Program-made: the position numbers and the translations under genes
Notes under the pieces: model-generated
Database searches by the model: none
Told to the model about the DNA's origin: nothing
Seen by the model: the letters and a program-made list of their open reading frames with translations, nothing else
In this document: piece after piece, positions 35,895 through 46,564 of the stretch
How the letters are laid out: every line of letters begins with the position of its first letter
Numbering within the stretch: the first letter of the stretch is position 1
Assembly: GCA_903927465.1 (NCBI GenBank)
Contig: CAIYMY010000029.1
Coordinates: 16,275-80,274, forward strand
Reading direction: 5' to 3'
Length of the DNA: 64,000 nucleotides
Source of the DNA: an uncultured Rhodospirillales bacterium
GTDB lineage: Bacteria; Pseudomonadota; Alphaproteobacteria; Acetobacterales; Acetobacteraceae

Positions 35895-37082
35895 TCAAAT
35901 CGTGCCACTGGCGCGCAGTTTGTCGCGTGCGGCATCATCATAACCAAGCTCGGCCAGGATGGCATCATTGTCGCGGCCAAGCTGCGGTGGCGGCGTATCC
36001 ACGCGCGGCCCGCCATGCGCAAAGCCGAAAGCGGCGACGGGGACAGAAAATGGCCCTGTCACGCCAGGTGCCGCTTCAAAGTGATGCACCACGCCGCGCC
36101 CCTTGATCTGCGGATCTGCCAGCGATTCCGCCAAATTGCGTACCCGTGCCGCCGGCACATGACGCGCCTGCAAATAGCTTTCCCATTCATCCGCTGTCTT
36201 GGCCTTCAACAGTTCCGCCAGCGTTGCCGCTTCATGTGCGCGATCAGCATGGCGCGCTTCATTGCTGTCCTTCGCCATATCGGGCCGGCCCAGCGCCTGC
36301 CAAAGCCGACGCTGCTGGCGAAGATTGCTCGCACCAATCATCACCAAACCATCGGCGGTCTGGTAGCAGCTATTGGTCGAATATTCATGGTCATTGCCGC
36401 GCGGGCGCGCGGGCTTGCCGCTGCGCCCATAGGAAGTGACATGGCTTGCCATCATCATCATCGCAACATCCATCATGGCGAGATCAATATGTTGGCCTCG
36501 CCCGGTTTTTTCGCGCTGGAACAGGGCAGCCGAAAGCGCAAAGGCGCCCATGGTGCCAGTGGCGTAATCAATCGCCGGTGCGCCGAATTTGATGGGGTTT
36601 ACTTCCGGCGTGCCGGTGCAGGCCATGATGCCCGATGTCGCTTGAATAACGTGATCATACGCGGTCTGTTCACCGCGCGGCCCGCCATGACCGAAGGCGG
36701 AGATGGAGCAATAGATCAGCCGCGGATTGATCTTCAGCAAATCCTCATAGCCCAGGCCCAAAGCCGCGAAGGCACCGGGGCGGAAATTTTCCACCAGCAC
36801 ATCGGCGCCCGCAATCAACTTGCGGAAAATCTCGCGCGCTTCTGTCTGTTTCAGATCAAGCGTCATGCTGCGCTTGTTTGAACCTTGCGTCAGGTAATAG
36901 CTGCCCATCCCGGCGCGATTGAGATCCCAATCACCACCGCTGACGCGGCTTTGGTCTGGGTCCTGCGGGTGTTCAATCTTGATCACATCCGCACCCAGCA
37001 AGCCCAATTGATAGGCCGCGAAGGGGCCGGCCAGAACATGGGTCGCGTCAATAATGCGAATGCCTTCGAAGGGACGAGTCAT
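35895..37082 (-). CDS. CaiB/BaiF class III CoA-transferase
   Basis: THVLAGPFA, NKRSM.LDLK, ENFRPG and AYD catalytic Asp. Confidence 0.92.
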   Translation of the reverse strand: MTRPFEGIRIIDATHVLAGPFAAYQLGLLGADVIKIEHPQDPDQSRVSGGDWDLNRAGMGSYYLTQGSNKRSMTLDLKQTEAREIFRKLIAGADVLVENFRPGAFAALGLGYEDLLKINPRLIYCSISAFGHGGPRGEQTAYDHVIQATSGIMACTGTPEVNPIKFGAPAIDYATGTMGAFALSAALFQREKTGRGQHIDLAMMDVAMMMMASHVTSYGRSGKPARPRGNDHEYSTNSCYQTADGLVMIGASNLRQQRRLWQALGRPDMAKDSNEARHADRAHEAATLAELLKAKTADEWESYLQARHVPAARVRNLAESLADPQIKGRGVVHHFEAAPGVTGPFSVPVAAFGFAHGGPRVDTPPPQLGRDNDAILAELGYDDAARDKLRASGTI

Positions 37083-37100
37083 GGGTGTTTCCTCATTGTG

Positions 37101-38303
37101 TTATTGCGGTGCTTCAAGCAGCACGCCATCGCGTTTGAGTGCGGTGATCTCAGCTTCGGTCATGCCAGCCGCGGCCAGCAGCGCCGCGCCATCCTGCCCG
37201 AGGCGCGGCGCCGGCCGACCAGGCGCTGCATTGCCGCCGGAAAAGCGATTGGGCTGGCCGATGGCGTAAGTGGCACCTTCGGTCGGGTGTTCTTCTTCTT
37301 GCACCATCCCGACATCGCGCAGATGCGGATCATCAAGCAAGCCCGCGATGGTATTGTAGGGTGAAGCCGGCACATCGAGCCGATCGAAAATCTCCAACCA
37401 CTCAGCGGAGGTCTTGCCCTTCAGCCCACCCGCGCGAATGGCGAAATAATCGCGTGTATTGGAAGTGCGCCCGGCAATGGTGGCGAAACGCGGATCGGTT
37501 TTCAATTCAGACCGGCCAATCGCATCAAAAAACGCATGCGCCTGCGCATCCGTATTGGCAGAAATGCAGATATGGCCATCTGCGGTTGGCAAAGGCCGAG
37601 CATCAGGGCTGAGGACGCGGTGATCACCAGGCGGGCCAAGCGCGGGACGGAAGGACATTGCGCCGAGGTGTTCCATCATCACATAGGCTGCCATGTTTTC
37701 GAACATCGGGACTTCAATCGCCTCACCAACGCCGGTTTTTTCGCGGCGGTAAAGTGCGAAGCCAATCATCTGCGCAGCGATCAACCCGACCGTGTGATCC
37801 GCGACCAGCATCGGCACATAGCGTGGCTCCCCGGTGGAGGCTTCAAAACAGCCGGCCACACCAGCGGCACCTTGGATCACCGTGTCATAGGCTGGCCTGC
37901 CGGCATAAGGGCCGCCTGAGCCAAAACCCGTGATGGCACAATGGATCAAGCGGGGTGCGATGGCGTGCAGGCTTGCGGCATCCACACCAAGCCGCGCTTG
38001 CGCATCGGGGCGAATATTGCTGACAAAGACATCCACCGTCGCGGCCAGGCGATGCAGCGCTGCAAGCCCCGCCGGTGCCTTCAAATCAAGTGCGATGGAT
38101 TTCTTGCCGCGATTAAAATTGAGGAATTTGCCATTCATGCCAGGCGAACGCCCCTTGCCGGCAAGTTGGCGCAGCAAATCACCGCCTGGGCTTTCAAGCT
38201 TGATCACCTCCGCACCGTGTTCCGCCAGAACGCCGGTGCAAACCGGCCCGACAACAACCGAGGAAAGATCAAGCACCCGAATGCCCGCAAGTGGTCCGCT
38301 CAT
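37101..38303 (-). CDS. CaiB/BaiF class III CoA-transferase
   Basis: DLSSVVVGP, NRGKKSIALDLK and PAYD motifs; ATG 38303. Confidence 0.92.
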   Translation of the reverse strand: MSGPLAGIRVLDLSSVVVGPVCTGVLAEHGAEVIKLESPGGDLLRQLAGKGRSPGMNGKFLNFNRGKKSIALDLKAPAGLAALHRLAATVDVFVSNIRPDAQARLGVDAASLHAIAPRLIHCAITGFGSGGPYAGRPAYDTVIQGAAGVAGCFEASTGEPRYVPMLVADHTVGLIAAQMIGFALYRREKTGVGEAIEVPMFENMAAYVMMEHLGAMSFRPALGPPGDHRVLSPDARPLPTADGHICISANTDAQAHAFFDAIGRSELKTDPRFATIAGRTSNTRDYFAIRAGGLKGKTSAEWLEIFDRLDVPASPYNTIAGLLDDPHLRDVGMVQEEEHPTEGATYAIGQPNRFSGGNAAPGRPAPRLGQDGAALLAAAGMTEAEITALKRDGVLLEAPQ

Positions 38304-38354
38304 GGTGCTTCCTTCAAAATTCACCGCGGCAGCTTCGCATGGCGGCGCGGCAGG

Positions 38355-39497
38355 TCAAACCAGGCCCGCCGGCACGGCGACCGCGCCCAGCATCAGACGC
38401 CGCGCACTGCGATAAACCACGGCGCTTTCCGCGTGCCAGCCAGCAGGCGTCTCCCGCACCTCGGCGCCCACGGAAAGAACGCCGGAAGGATTGGCAACGC
38501 GGGTTTCATCCGCGCGCGCCGGCGGCCCGGCCAGGCGGTGCGGCAGACTGCCAGGAATGCGGCTGGCGACACCAAGGCACATGGCACCGGTCAGCGGCAC
38601 GGCGCGATGCGCGCGTTCCATGGAAATCATGCGCACGGCGATGTCGTGGCTATCGGCGGTGAAGGCCGCACCATCAAGCGCATGATAAGCCGCAGGCGGC
38701 GCCACCACGGCGATTTTCGGCAAGGCCAGGCCCACAGCTTCGGGAAAGGCCGCCAAGCCCATCATCACGCCGGCCTTGCGCCGCAGCGCATCAAACAGCG
38801 CCATACGCGCAGGGTCGGCTTCAATCGCATCAGGGCTTTCCGTGCCGGTCATTCCCAAATCGCGCGCATCCAGAAAAACGCAGGCATTGGCGGCATCTAT
38901 CAAGCTCACGGCATAAGCGCGCCCTTCGTGATGCAGCGTGTCTTGCGCATTTCCGGTCGGCATCAGGCGCCCGGTCGCACCGCCACCGGGGGCCAGAAAA
39001 TCAAGCCTGATGCGCGCGCCGCTACCAGCGACACCGGCCATCGTAAAATCCCCGGCAGTGACCGCCTTGCCGCCGCGCACCGGAAAGCGCGCATGGATGA
39101 TGCGCTTCGTGTTCACCTGATGGATGCGCACCAGCGCTTCACCATCCGCCACACGCACCAGCCCCTCATCCACCGCAAAGGGACCAACAGCCGAGGAAAG
39201 ATTGCCGCAATTGCTCGACCAATCCACGATTGGCTTATCTACCGCGACTTGCGCGAAAAGATAATCCACATCCGCATCCGGATGCGTCGGCGGGCCGATG
39301 ATCACGGCTTTCGAGAGCGAAGAAATACCACCCCCCATGCCGTCCAATTGCCTGCCATAGGGATCGGGGCTGCCTAATACGCTCAGGAAAATCGCATCCC
39401 GAGTGGCACGATCCGCTGGCAGATCGCGCGCGTGGAAAAACACACCCTTGCTGGAACCGCCACGCATGAAAATGGCGGGAATGAAGGCTTGATCCAT
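38355..39497 (-). CDS. prpF: PrpF-family isomerase
   Basis: MRGGSSKG, QLDGMGGG.SSLSK, NCGNLSSAVGPFA and HRA.PLTGAMC motifs. Confidence 0.9.
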   Translation of the reverse strand: MDQAFIPAIFMRGGSSKGVFFHARDLPADRATRDAIFLSVLGSPDPYGRQLDGMGGGISSLSKAVIIGPPTHPDADVDYLFAQVAVDKPIVDWSSNCGNLSSAVGPFAVDEGLVRVADGEALVRIHQVNTKRIIHARFPVRGGKAVTAGDFTMAGVAGSGARIRLDFLAPGGGATGRLMPTGNAQDTLHHEGRAYAVSLIDAANACVFLDARDLGMTGTESPDAIEADPARMALFDALRRKAGVMMGLAAFPEAVGLALPKIAVVAPPAAYHALDGAAFTADSHDIAVRMISMERAHRAVPLTGAMCLGVASRIPGSLPHRLAGPPARADETRVANPSGVLSVGAEVRETPAGWHAESAVVYRSARRLMLGAVAVPAGLV

Positions 39498-39524
39498 GGG
39501 CTTTGCTCCGTGCTTCCAGCGACG

Positions 39525-40298
39525 CTAATCGGCAATCGCAATCGCCGAAAGCTGATGCCCGATGGGCCCACCACCGACCAGCGTATTGCGCCGATGGCTG
39601 AAGAAGCGCGCCTCATCCGCAAGTGTGTCATGCGCCAGTATGCTGACCGCGACACCAAGGGTCGAAAGCCGCGCCGCGCAATAGCCGGGCAGGTCAAACT
39701 GCCAACGCCCTTCGCGCCTGCCATCAGCAAAAAATCGCGCATCGGCAGGGCTGCGCGCCAGCACCGCATCACGCAAATCCGCAGCCACTTCATAGGAAGG
39801 CTGGTGAATGCAAGGCCCCACCACCGCGATGATATCACGCCGCGCGGCGCCCAGCCCTTCCATCGCGAAAACCGTTTCTTCCAAAACACCCAGCACCGCG
39901 CCGCGCCAGCCGGCATGGGCGCCGCCAATCACGCCAGCAGTGCGATCCGCGAAAAGCACCGGCGCGCAATCACCCGTGATGATGCCAAGGACAAGACCCG
40001 CGCGGCGTGTCACCACTCCATCGGCTTCAGGGCGTTGGTCTTCAGGCCAGGCATCTTCCGCCACCACTACGCGCTTGCCATGCACCTGCGTCAGTCCGCA
40101 CAGCGCTTGATGAGGCAAGCCAAGCGCCGCCGCCGCGCGCGTGCGATTCTCCCGCACCGCCGCAGCATTATCCTTGCCGGAAAGCGAGCAATTCAGTGAC
40201 GCGAAAGCCCCCGTGGAAACGCCGCCATTGCGCGTAAAAAACCCGTGCTTCAAGCCCGGTAGCTGCAAGGGATCGGCGGTCAGGAATTCAGCGCTCAT
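39525..40298 (-). CDS. pgeF: YfiH/PgeF purine nucleoside phosphorylase-like protein
   Basis: HGFFTR.GG, QVHG, TGDC, HAGWRG and FFSHRR motifs; ATGA overlap. Confidence 0.92.
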   Translation of the reverse strand: MSAEFLTADPLQLPGLKHGFFTRNGGVSTGAFASLNCSLSGKDNAAAVRENRTRAAAALGLPHQALCGLTQVHGKRVVVAEDAWPEDQRPEADGVVTRRAGLVLGIITGDCAPVLFADRTAGVIGGAHAGWRGAVLGVLEETVFAMEGLGAARRDIIAVVGPCIHQPSYEVAADLRDAVLARSPADARFFADGRREGRWQFDLPGYCAARLSTLGVAVSILAHDTLADEARFFSHRRNTLVGGGPIGHQLSAIAIAD

Positions 40299-41317
40299 GC
40301 GGTTTCGAATCCAGCGGGTATTGGCAGGCTTGAATCGCATAGCGCCAGTGCCTTGAATAGCCTTCCCATGGCTTCCGGCGCTGTCAGCCGATGCGCCGCC
40401 GCAAGCTGCGCCTGGGCGCGCCCAGGATCAAGCAGTGCCAGCATCGCCGCCCGCGTCATGAAGCCCAGGCGTTGCAGGAAAACGCCCTGCGGCAAAGGGC
40501 CATGCGCCACCGCGCCCGCGCCGCGCGCGGCGGCAGCGAAGGCCGCGAAATCCACATGCGCGGTGATATCCACCTCACCGGCTGCGCTGAGCGGATCAAC
40601 CGGCTGGCCCGCGCGCATGGCTTGTAGGCTATCGCCAAAACCGCTTTCCGCTGGGCCGTAATCAATCAACAAAGCCGCACCGCCATGGCGGGCAAGCCGC
40701 GCGCCGAGCCAGGCCGCGAAGCCAAGTACTGCTTCATTCACTTCGCGCACGGCGCCTTCGGGTGCGTCTTCCGGCAAGGTGATATCGCTTGGCACTTCCA
40801 GAAAGGCACCATCAGCGACGAAGCGTTCATGCCAAGCGGTACCTCGGCGTATGAATTGGCGAATGGGTAGCGCATCCAGAAATTCATTGGCCAGCAGGAT
40901 CATGGGTGCTTCCGGCAATGCACCCACATCCTCATGCCAGGTGACACCGGCAGCACCAAGCGTCGCCGCCTGCGCCTTGCGCAAGCGCGGCGATGTCTCC
41001 ACCAGATGCACGTGCAAGGCCACGCGAAAATCCGGCATCATTTCGGCAATGGCACGTAGCGCATCCGCCATCAGGCTGCCGCGCCCAGGCCCGCATTCCA
41101 CTAATAGCACCGGATCAGGACGGCCCATGGCCTGCCAGGTGACTGCCGCCCAAAGCCCCAGACACTCACCAAAAGCTTGAGATATCTCTGGCGATGTCAC
41201 GAAATCCTGAAATGGATCACGCGCGGCGTAATAGGCCGCCGCAGCGCGCGCCATGAAATGGTCAAGCCGCTCCGCACCCTTGGGTGCATGAGCAATTTCA
41301 GGCGGGGCGTTGGTCAT
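40295..41317 (-). CDS. MidA/NDUFAF7-family SAM-dependent methyltransferase
   Basis: DFVTSPEISQ.FGE, E.GPGRG.L, ANEFLDALP and DITAHVDF motifs. Confidence 0.9.
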   Translation of the reverse strand: MTNAPPEIAHAPKGAERLDHFMARAAAAYYAARDPFQDFVTSPEISQAFGECLGLWAAVTWQAMGRPDPVLLVECGPGRGSLMADALRAIAEMMPDFRVALHVHLVETSPRLRKAQAATLGAAGVTWHEDVGALPEAPMILLANEFLDALPIRQFIRRGTAWHERFVADGAFLEVPSDITLPEDAPEGAVREVNEAVLGFAAWLGARLARHGGAALLIDYGPAESGFGDSLQAMRAGQPVDPLSAAGEVDITAHVDFAAFAAAARGAGAVAHGPLPQGVFLQRLGFMTRAAMLALLDPGRAQAQLAAAHRLTAPEAMGRLFKALALCDSSLPIPAGFETA

Positions 41318-41388
41318 TTGGCTTCTGACAAGGGGAACTCTCGCCCCCTTTGTCGCAGATCAGCCGCGCCGGCGGCAAGGGTCGCGCT

Positions 41389-42372
41389 TCAATCCACCTT
41401 GGCGCCTGAAGCACGGATCAGGGGTGCCAACTTCGCCTGCTGCGCCGCACGGAAGGCAGTGATTTCTGCCATGCTGGTGTACCAGGCCATCGCACCTTGG
41501 TCGCGGAAGGATTTCACCAGATCGGGATGTTCCAAAGCCTGTTTGCTGAAATGGGACATCCTATCCGTGACATCCTTGGGCAGCCCAGCGGGGGCACACA
41601 CACATGTCCAAGAAATCACATCAAAGCCCGGCAGGTATTCCGCAATGGCCGGCAATTCAGGTTCAATCGGGCTCCGCTTTTCGCTTGTCACCGCCAAGGC
41701 GCGCACCTTGCCCTGACGCGACAACGCAAGGATTGAGGGCATATTGTCGAACATCATATGAATGCGTCCGCCCATCAGATCCACAAGCCCAGGTGCCGCG
41801 CCGCGATAGGGCACGTGTTCCATATCCACACCCGCCAATAGCTTGAACATCTCACCTGAAAGATGGAGCGTGGTGCCCGAACCGGCCGAACCGAAGGAGT
41901 ATTTGCCCGGATTGGCTTTCAGCAGCGCAATCAGCTCTGGCACATTTCGTACCGGCAGATCGAGATTGACGCCAAGCAGATTGGGCAATTGCCAAATCCC
42001 GGTGATGAAGGTGAAATCCTTCTCGGGATCGAAGTTCAAATTATTGTAAAGCGTCGGCGCAATAGCGTGGGAGGCGATGCCGCCAAGCCCAATCGTATAG
42101 CCATCCGGCGCCGATTTCGCGACCGTATCCACGCCAACATTGCCGCCCGCACCACCGCGATTTTCGACAACGAAACTCTGCCCCGTCAGTTCAGACATGC
42201 GCGCGCAATAGATGCGAGACAGCACATCCGTGGAACCGCCGGCGGGAAAGGGATTAATGTAGCGCACCGGCCGGCGCGGCCAATCACCCGCTTGCGCGCG
42301 GGCAATGCCTGGCATTGCCAAAAGGCTGGTGCCGGCCAGCATGGCTCGGCGTGAAAGGCGCTGTTTGAACAT
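41389..42372 (-). CDS. Bug/TctC tripartite tricarboxylate transporter substrate-binding protein
   Basis: Twin-Arg leader; PFPAGGSTD, VENRGGAGG and HVPYRG motifs. Confidence 0.92.
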   Translation of the reverse strand: MFKQRLSRRAMLAGTSLLAMPGIARAQAGDWPRRPVRYINPFPAGGSTDVLSRIYCARMSELTGQSFVVENRGGAGGNVGVDTVAKSAPDGYTIGLGGIASHAIAPTLYNNLNFDPEKDFTFITGIWQLPNLLGVNLDLPVRNVPELIALLKANPGKYSFGSAGSGTTLHLSGEMFKLLAGVDMEHVPYRGAAPGLVDLMGGRIHMMFDNMPSILALSRQGKVRALAVTSEKRSPIEPELPAIAEYLPGFDVISWTCVCAPAGLPKDVTDRMSHFSKQALEHPDLVKSFRDQGAMAWYTSMAEITAFRAAQQAKLAPLIRASGAKVD

Positions 42373-42380
42373 TGGCTTAC

Positions 42381-42421
42381 TCCCCTGAAAAAAGCGGTCT
42401 TACTGCCGCCACTTCAGGGGA
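42381..42421 (-). promoter_or_regulatory. Leader hairpin sequestering the Shine-Dalgarno of the Bug gene
   Basis: 9-bp inverted repeat TCCCCTGAA/TTCAGGGGA whose 3' arm on the minus strand contains the GGGGA SD; inner GCGG/CCGC hairpin followed by U6. Confidence 0.45.
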
Positions 42422-42469
42422 AGGCTGCCCGAATCCGGGCCAAGGTCAAGAAAAAAAGCGAAGGCGCCC

Positions 42470-44782
42470 CTATCCGCGCGGCACGGCGGCATGCGCGGCA
42501 AGACACGCCACATCCACAATCTGGTTAACGCCCGCCTGCATGGGTACAATCTGCGCGGAATGCGAAAGCCCGGTCAGCAGCGGCCCGATCACCGTGCTGC
42601 TGGTCAATTGCGGCACGGCGCGCGTCAGGATATGCGCCGCGTGAATGCCAGGCATGATCAGCACATTGGCCGGCCCTGTCAGGCGGCAGAAGGGATAAAG
42701 CGTGGCCCGCAGCGCGGGGTCCAGCGCAACATCGGCGGCCATTTCGCCATCAAATTCAAAATCAGCACCACGTTCAGTCAGCAGCTTCACCGCTTCACGA
42801 ATGCTGCCCGGGATGGTGCCGCGCGGATCGCCAAAGGTGGAAAAGGAAAGAAACGCCACGCGCGGTTCCATCCCCAAGCGCCGCGCGGCGGCTGCCGAAC
42901 CGCGCGCAATGCCGGCTAGCGTCGCCGCATCTGGCCTTTCATGAATGGCGGTATCGGCCACCAGCACCGTGCCTGCCTGGCGAGAGATAATGATGGAAAC
43001 CCCGAAAGCGACACGCCCCGGCACCGGGTCTATCGCCATGCTGATGCCCTCAAGCGCGGCGGAATAGGAACGCGTGGTACCCGTTACCACCGCATCCGCA
43101 TCGCCGGTTGCCACCATGCAGGCGGCGAAGACATTGCGGTCCTGATTGACCAGGCGCTGGCAATCGCGTTGCAAAAAGCCATCGCGCTGACGCTTCTCAT
43201 ATAGAAACTCGGCATAGCGGCGCGTGGAATCGGAAAGCCGCGCATTCTGGATTTCAATGCCATCGGGCAGGGGAATACCAATGGCATTGGCCACTGCGGC
43301 GATACGATCTTCCCGGCCTACCAATACCGGTGTGCCATAGCCCGCATTGCGGAAGGCAATCGCGGCGCGAATCACTTTTTCTTCTTCGCCTTCGGCAAAA
43401 ACGACGCGCTTCGGGTTCTGCCGCACGCTTTCGGCAATGGCTTCCAAGGCCCCCATTGTCGCATCCAGCCTATTCGCCAAATCGCGTGAATAGCGCTGCA
43501 AATCCGCCAAGGGCTTGCGCGCCACGCCGCTATCCATTGCGGCCTTGGCAACCGCGGGCGAAACCCGCGAAATCAGCCGAGGATCGAAGGCATTGGGGAT
43601 GATGTATTCCGCCCCAAAACGCAAAGATTTTCCCGCCCCCGCGCCCGAGACTTCTTCCGGCACATCTTCCCGCGCCAACATCGCCAGCGCTTCAGCAGCC
43701 GCAATCTTCATCGCGTCATTTATGGTGGAAGCGCGCACATCAAGCGCACCACGGAAGATAAAGGGAAAGCCCAGAACATTATTGACCTGGTTCGGGTAAT
43801 CCGAACGTCCCGTCGCGATGATGCAATCGGGCCGCGCGGCGCGCGCCTCATCCGGCGTGATTTCCGGATCGGGATTGGCCATGGCGAAAATGATCGGCTT
43901 CGGCGCCATGGCCCTGATCATCTCGGGCGTCAGCGCGCCCTTCACCGAAAGTCCGAAGAACACATCCGCACCATCGAGTGCTTGCGTCAGCGTGCGTGCA
44001 GAAGTGGTCACCGCATGCGCGGATTTCCACTGATTCATGCCTTCCTGACGGCCACGCCAGATCACGCCCTTGGTGTCACACAGAATGACATTTTCGGGCC
44101 GGATGCCCATGGCCTTCACCAACTCAGCGCAGGCAATGGAAGCCGCACCCGCGCCATTGATGACAAGCTTCGTCGTCTTCAAATCGCGCCCGGTCAAATG
44201 GCAGGCATTGATTAAGCCGGCGACGGCGACAATGGCGGTGCCATGTTGGTCATCATGGAAGACAGGAATATCCATCAATTCGCGCAAGCGCTGTTCAATC
44301 ACAAAGCATTCTGGCGCCTTGATGTCTTCCAGATTGATCCCGCCGAAAGTCGGGCCCAGATAGCGCACAGCATTGATGAAAGCGTCCGGGTCTTCTGTAT
44401 CCACACAAAGATCCATGGCATCGACATCAGCAAAGCGCTTGAACAAAGCAGCCTTGCCTTCCATCACGGGCTTCGATGCAAGTGCGCCCAGATTGCCAAG
44501 CCCCAGCACCGCCGTGCCATTGGAAATCACGGCCACGAAATTGCCCTTGGCCGTGTAATCATAAGCAAGGCTCGGGTCGCGATGGATTTGCAGGCAGGGC
44601 TCCGCCACGCCGGGCGAATAGGCCAAACTCAAATCCCGCGCCGTGATCAAGGGCTTGGTCAGGCGGATCTCAAGCTTACCTGGCCGCCCTTCCCGGTGCA
44701 TTGCCAACGCTTCTTCGGCGGTGACGCGCGCCGTGCGCGTATCCTCAACCGGCGTTTTCTTCGCGTTATCCATTATAGCCAC
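42470..44782 (-). CDS. maeB: NADP-dependent malic enzyme with PTA-like domain
   Basis: [41 protein letters not shown] and PTA domain FEFDGEM; start is GTG 44782 or ATG 44773. Confidence 0.96.
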   Translation of the reverse strand: MAIMDNAKKTPVEDTRTARVTAEEALAMHREGRPGKLEIRLTKPLITARDLSLAYSPGVAEPCLQIHRDPSLAYDYTAKGNFVAVISNGTAVLGLGNLGALASKPVMEGKAALFKRFADVDAMDLCVDTEDPDAFINAVRYLGPTFGGINLEDIKAPECFVIEQRLRELMDIPVFHDDQHGTAIVAVAGLINACHLTGRDLKTTKLVINGAGAASIACAELVKAMGIRPENVILCDTKGVIWRGRQEGMNQWKSAHAVTTSARTLTQALDGADVFFGLSVKGALTPEMIRAMAPKPIIFAMANPDPEITPDEARAARPDCIIATGRSDYPNQVNNVLGFPFIFRGALDVRASTINDAMKIAAAEALAMLAREDVPEEVSGAGAGKSLRFGAEYIIPNAFDPRLISRVSPAVAKAAMDSGVARKPLADLQRYSRDLANRLDATMGALEAIAESVRQNPKRVVFAEGEEEKVIRAAIAFRNAGYGTPVLVGREDRIAAVANAIGIPLPDGIEIQNARLSDSTRRYAEFLYEKRQRDGFLQRDCQRLVNQDRNVFAACMVATGDADAVVTGTTRSYSAALEGISMAIDPVPGRVAFGVSIIISRQAGTVLVADTAIHERPDAATLAGIARGSAAAARRLGMEPRVAFLSFSTFGDPRGTIPGSIREAVKLLTERGADFEFDGEMAADVALDPALRATLYPFCRLTGPANVLIMPGIHAAHILTRAVPQLTSSTVIGPLLTGLSHSAQIVPMQAGVNQIVDVACLAAHAAVPRG

Positions 44783-44864
44783 TACTCCTCAAATCAGGCC
44801 CATCATGCCGCTTTGTGGCCGGCACCGCGAGGCCCCAGCTTCGCAGGCGCAGCAATTCGCGCCC

Positions 44865-46454
44865 TCAGACCCGCCGGACATTCCAGGGATAGGGCGATGA
44901 TCCCTGCAAAATCCCGGTGATATTGCGCCGGAAGGCGGTTCTGATCGTGAATTGGCCAAGCGGGATGAAGGCCGCATCTTCCAGCGCGTGGCGGCCAAGC
45001 CGGGCTGCGATCTGCTTCTGCTCCGCCTCATTGGGGGCGAAAAGCCAGGATTCGGCCATTGCCTCCGCCTCATCGCTTTTCCACCAGCCGAACCAGCCGC
45101 CCGTCCCCTGGCCGCGCACCAGGAAGGATACGGCGGGATTGGCCCAGGCGGTGGCGCCCCCGGTGGTATGCAGGATGGACCACCCACCGCGATCCACGGA
45201 TTCGCGGTTGCTCCGCCGCTGCACCACCGTGCCCCAATCGCTCTCGGCCAAGTCAATATTCATGCCGATCCGCTTCAGCCGATCCGCCGTCACCTGCCCA
45301 AGCGGCCCAATATCCGGGAAATCCGTGGGGTTGATCACAACAACGCGCTGATTGGCATAGCCCGCTTCACGCAAAGCGGCGCGGGCGCGGTCCAGATCGC
45401 CCGGCATCATCGCCTCACCCAAATCCTCATAATACGGGGTATGGCGCGGCCATAGGCTGCGGCAGTGCGCCCAATCCGTGCGATCATCCCCACGCGATGC
45501 CCGCATATAATCTTCCTGCAAAACCGAAAGACGAACAGCGCGGCGGATTCGCACATCATCAAAAGGTGGGTGCAGGTTATTCATGCGCAGCACGGCAAGG
45601 CGCCCGGCGGTATCAGACACCTCGCGCCGCACATCACGCGCACGCGCCAGCAGCGGCTGCAAATCCGGATGCGGCCTTTCCCACCAATCAACCTCGCCAT
45701 TCTGCAAGGCGGCGGCGGCGGTCGCGGGGTCTGGCAGGATATGCCATTCAATGCGCCGGAAATGCGCAACCTTGCCGCCCGATGTCCAGGAAGGCGCTTC
45801 CTGGCGCGGCTGGTACCCATCAAATTTTTCATAAACCACGCGGCTGCCGGAATTATATTCGCCAGCAATGAAGCGATAAGGGCCAGAGCCGATCATCTCC
45901 GTGATACCGCGATTGGGATCGGTCTCGGCCAGGCGTTCGGGCATGATGAAAGGCACGGCGGCATCCGGCTTGGCCAGCGCATCCAGCAAAAGCGGGAAGG
46001 GGCGCTTCAGGCGGATTTCGATGGTGCGGTCATCCACCGCGCGCCATTCATCCACCTGGCGCAAAAGCAATTGGCCAAAGGGCTCACGCGCGCACCAGCG
46101 CTTCAGGCTGGCGATGCAATCGCGGGCGCGCACGGGCTCCCCATCATGGAAACGCAAACCGACGCGCAGCGTAATGCGCCAGCGCTTGCCATCATCCAGG
46201 GCCTCAGCGCCTTCGGCCATTTGCGGCCTTGGCTTCAATTCCGCATCCACGCCAAAAAGCGTGTCAAAGACATGCCAGCCGTGATTGGCGGTCACGGTTG
46301 CCGTGGTGAAGACCGGGTCCAGCACGCTCAGATTGGCCTGCGGCACGAAGCGGAGCGTCTGCGCACGCATATCCTGCGCGAGTGACGGCGCGGGTAGTGC
46401 CGCCGCCGCCCCCATCGCCAGGATTGATCTGCGGCCAATACCGGAAGCTGTCAT
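44865..46454 (-). CDS. ABC transporter family 5 (peptide/opine/nickel) substrate-binding protein, orphan
   Basis: Twin-Arg leader; LDPV.TT, LRVGLRFHDG and GSGPYRF motifs; no permease or ATPase adjacent. Confidence 0.9.
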   Translation of the reverse strand: MTASGIGRRSILAMGAAAALPAPSLAQDMRAQTLRFVPQANLSVLDPVFTTATVTANHGWHVFDTLFGVDAELKPRPQMAEGAEALDDGKRWRITLRVGLRFHDGEPVRARDCIASLKRWCAREPFGQLLLRQVDEWRAVDDRTIEIRLKRPFPLLLDALAKPDAAVPFIMPERLAETDPNRGITEMIGSGPYRFIAGEYNSGSRVVYEKFDGYQPRQEAPSWTSGGKVAHFRRIEWHILPDPATAAAALQNGEVDWWERPHPDLQPLLARARDVRREVSDTAGRLAVLRMNNLHPPFDDVRIRRAVRLSVLQEDYMRASRGDDRTDWAHCRSLWPRHTPYYEDLGEAMMPGDLDRARAALREAGYANQRVVVINPTDFPDIGPLGQVTADRLKRIGMNIDLAESDWGTVVQRRSNRESVDRGGWSILHTTGGATAWANPAVSFLVRGQGTGGWFGWWKSDEAEAMAESWLFAPNEAEQKQIAARLGRHALEDAAFIPLGQFTIRTAFRRNITGILQGSSPYPWNVRRV

Positions 46455-46564
46455 GGGAACCTCCTCCCTGGTTGGTTCTTATTGCGGGGAGTTTGGAACC
46501 TTCAGCGCCAATGCGCCAGCCCAAGGTTTGGCTTGGGCGCGCCCCGCCTGTATCCTGCGCAGGC

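Noticed and set aside
46382-46564. Long N-terminal extensions offered by the ORF track (mutS, MFS 31019, surA, rsmA, lptD, cspA, Bug 53907 and others)
   Set aside because: Low-complexity sequence overlapping neighbouring genes; downstream starts with an RBS or stop/start coupling fit family N-termini better.
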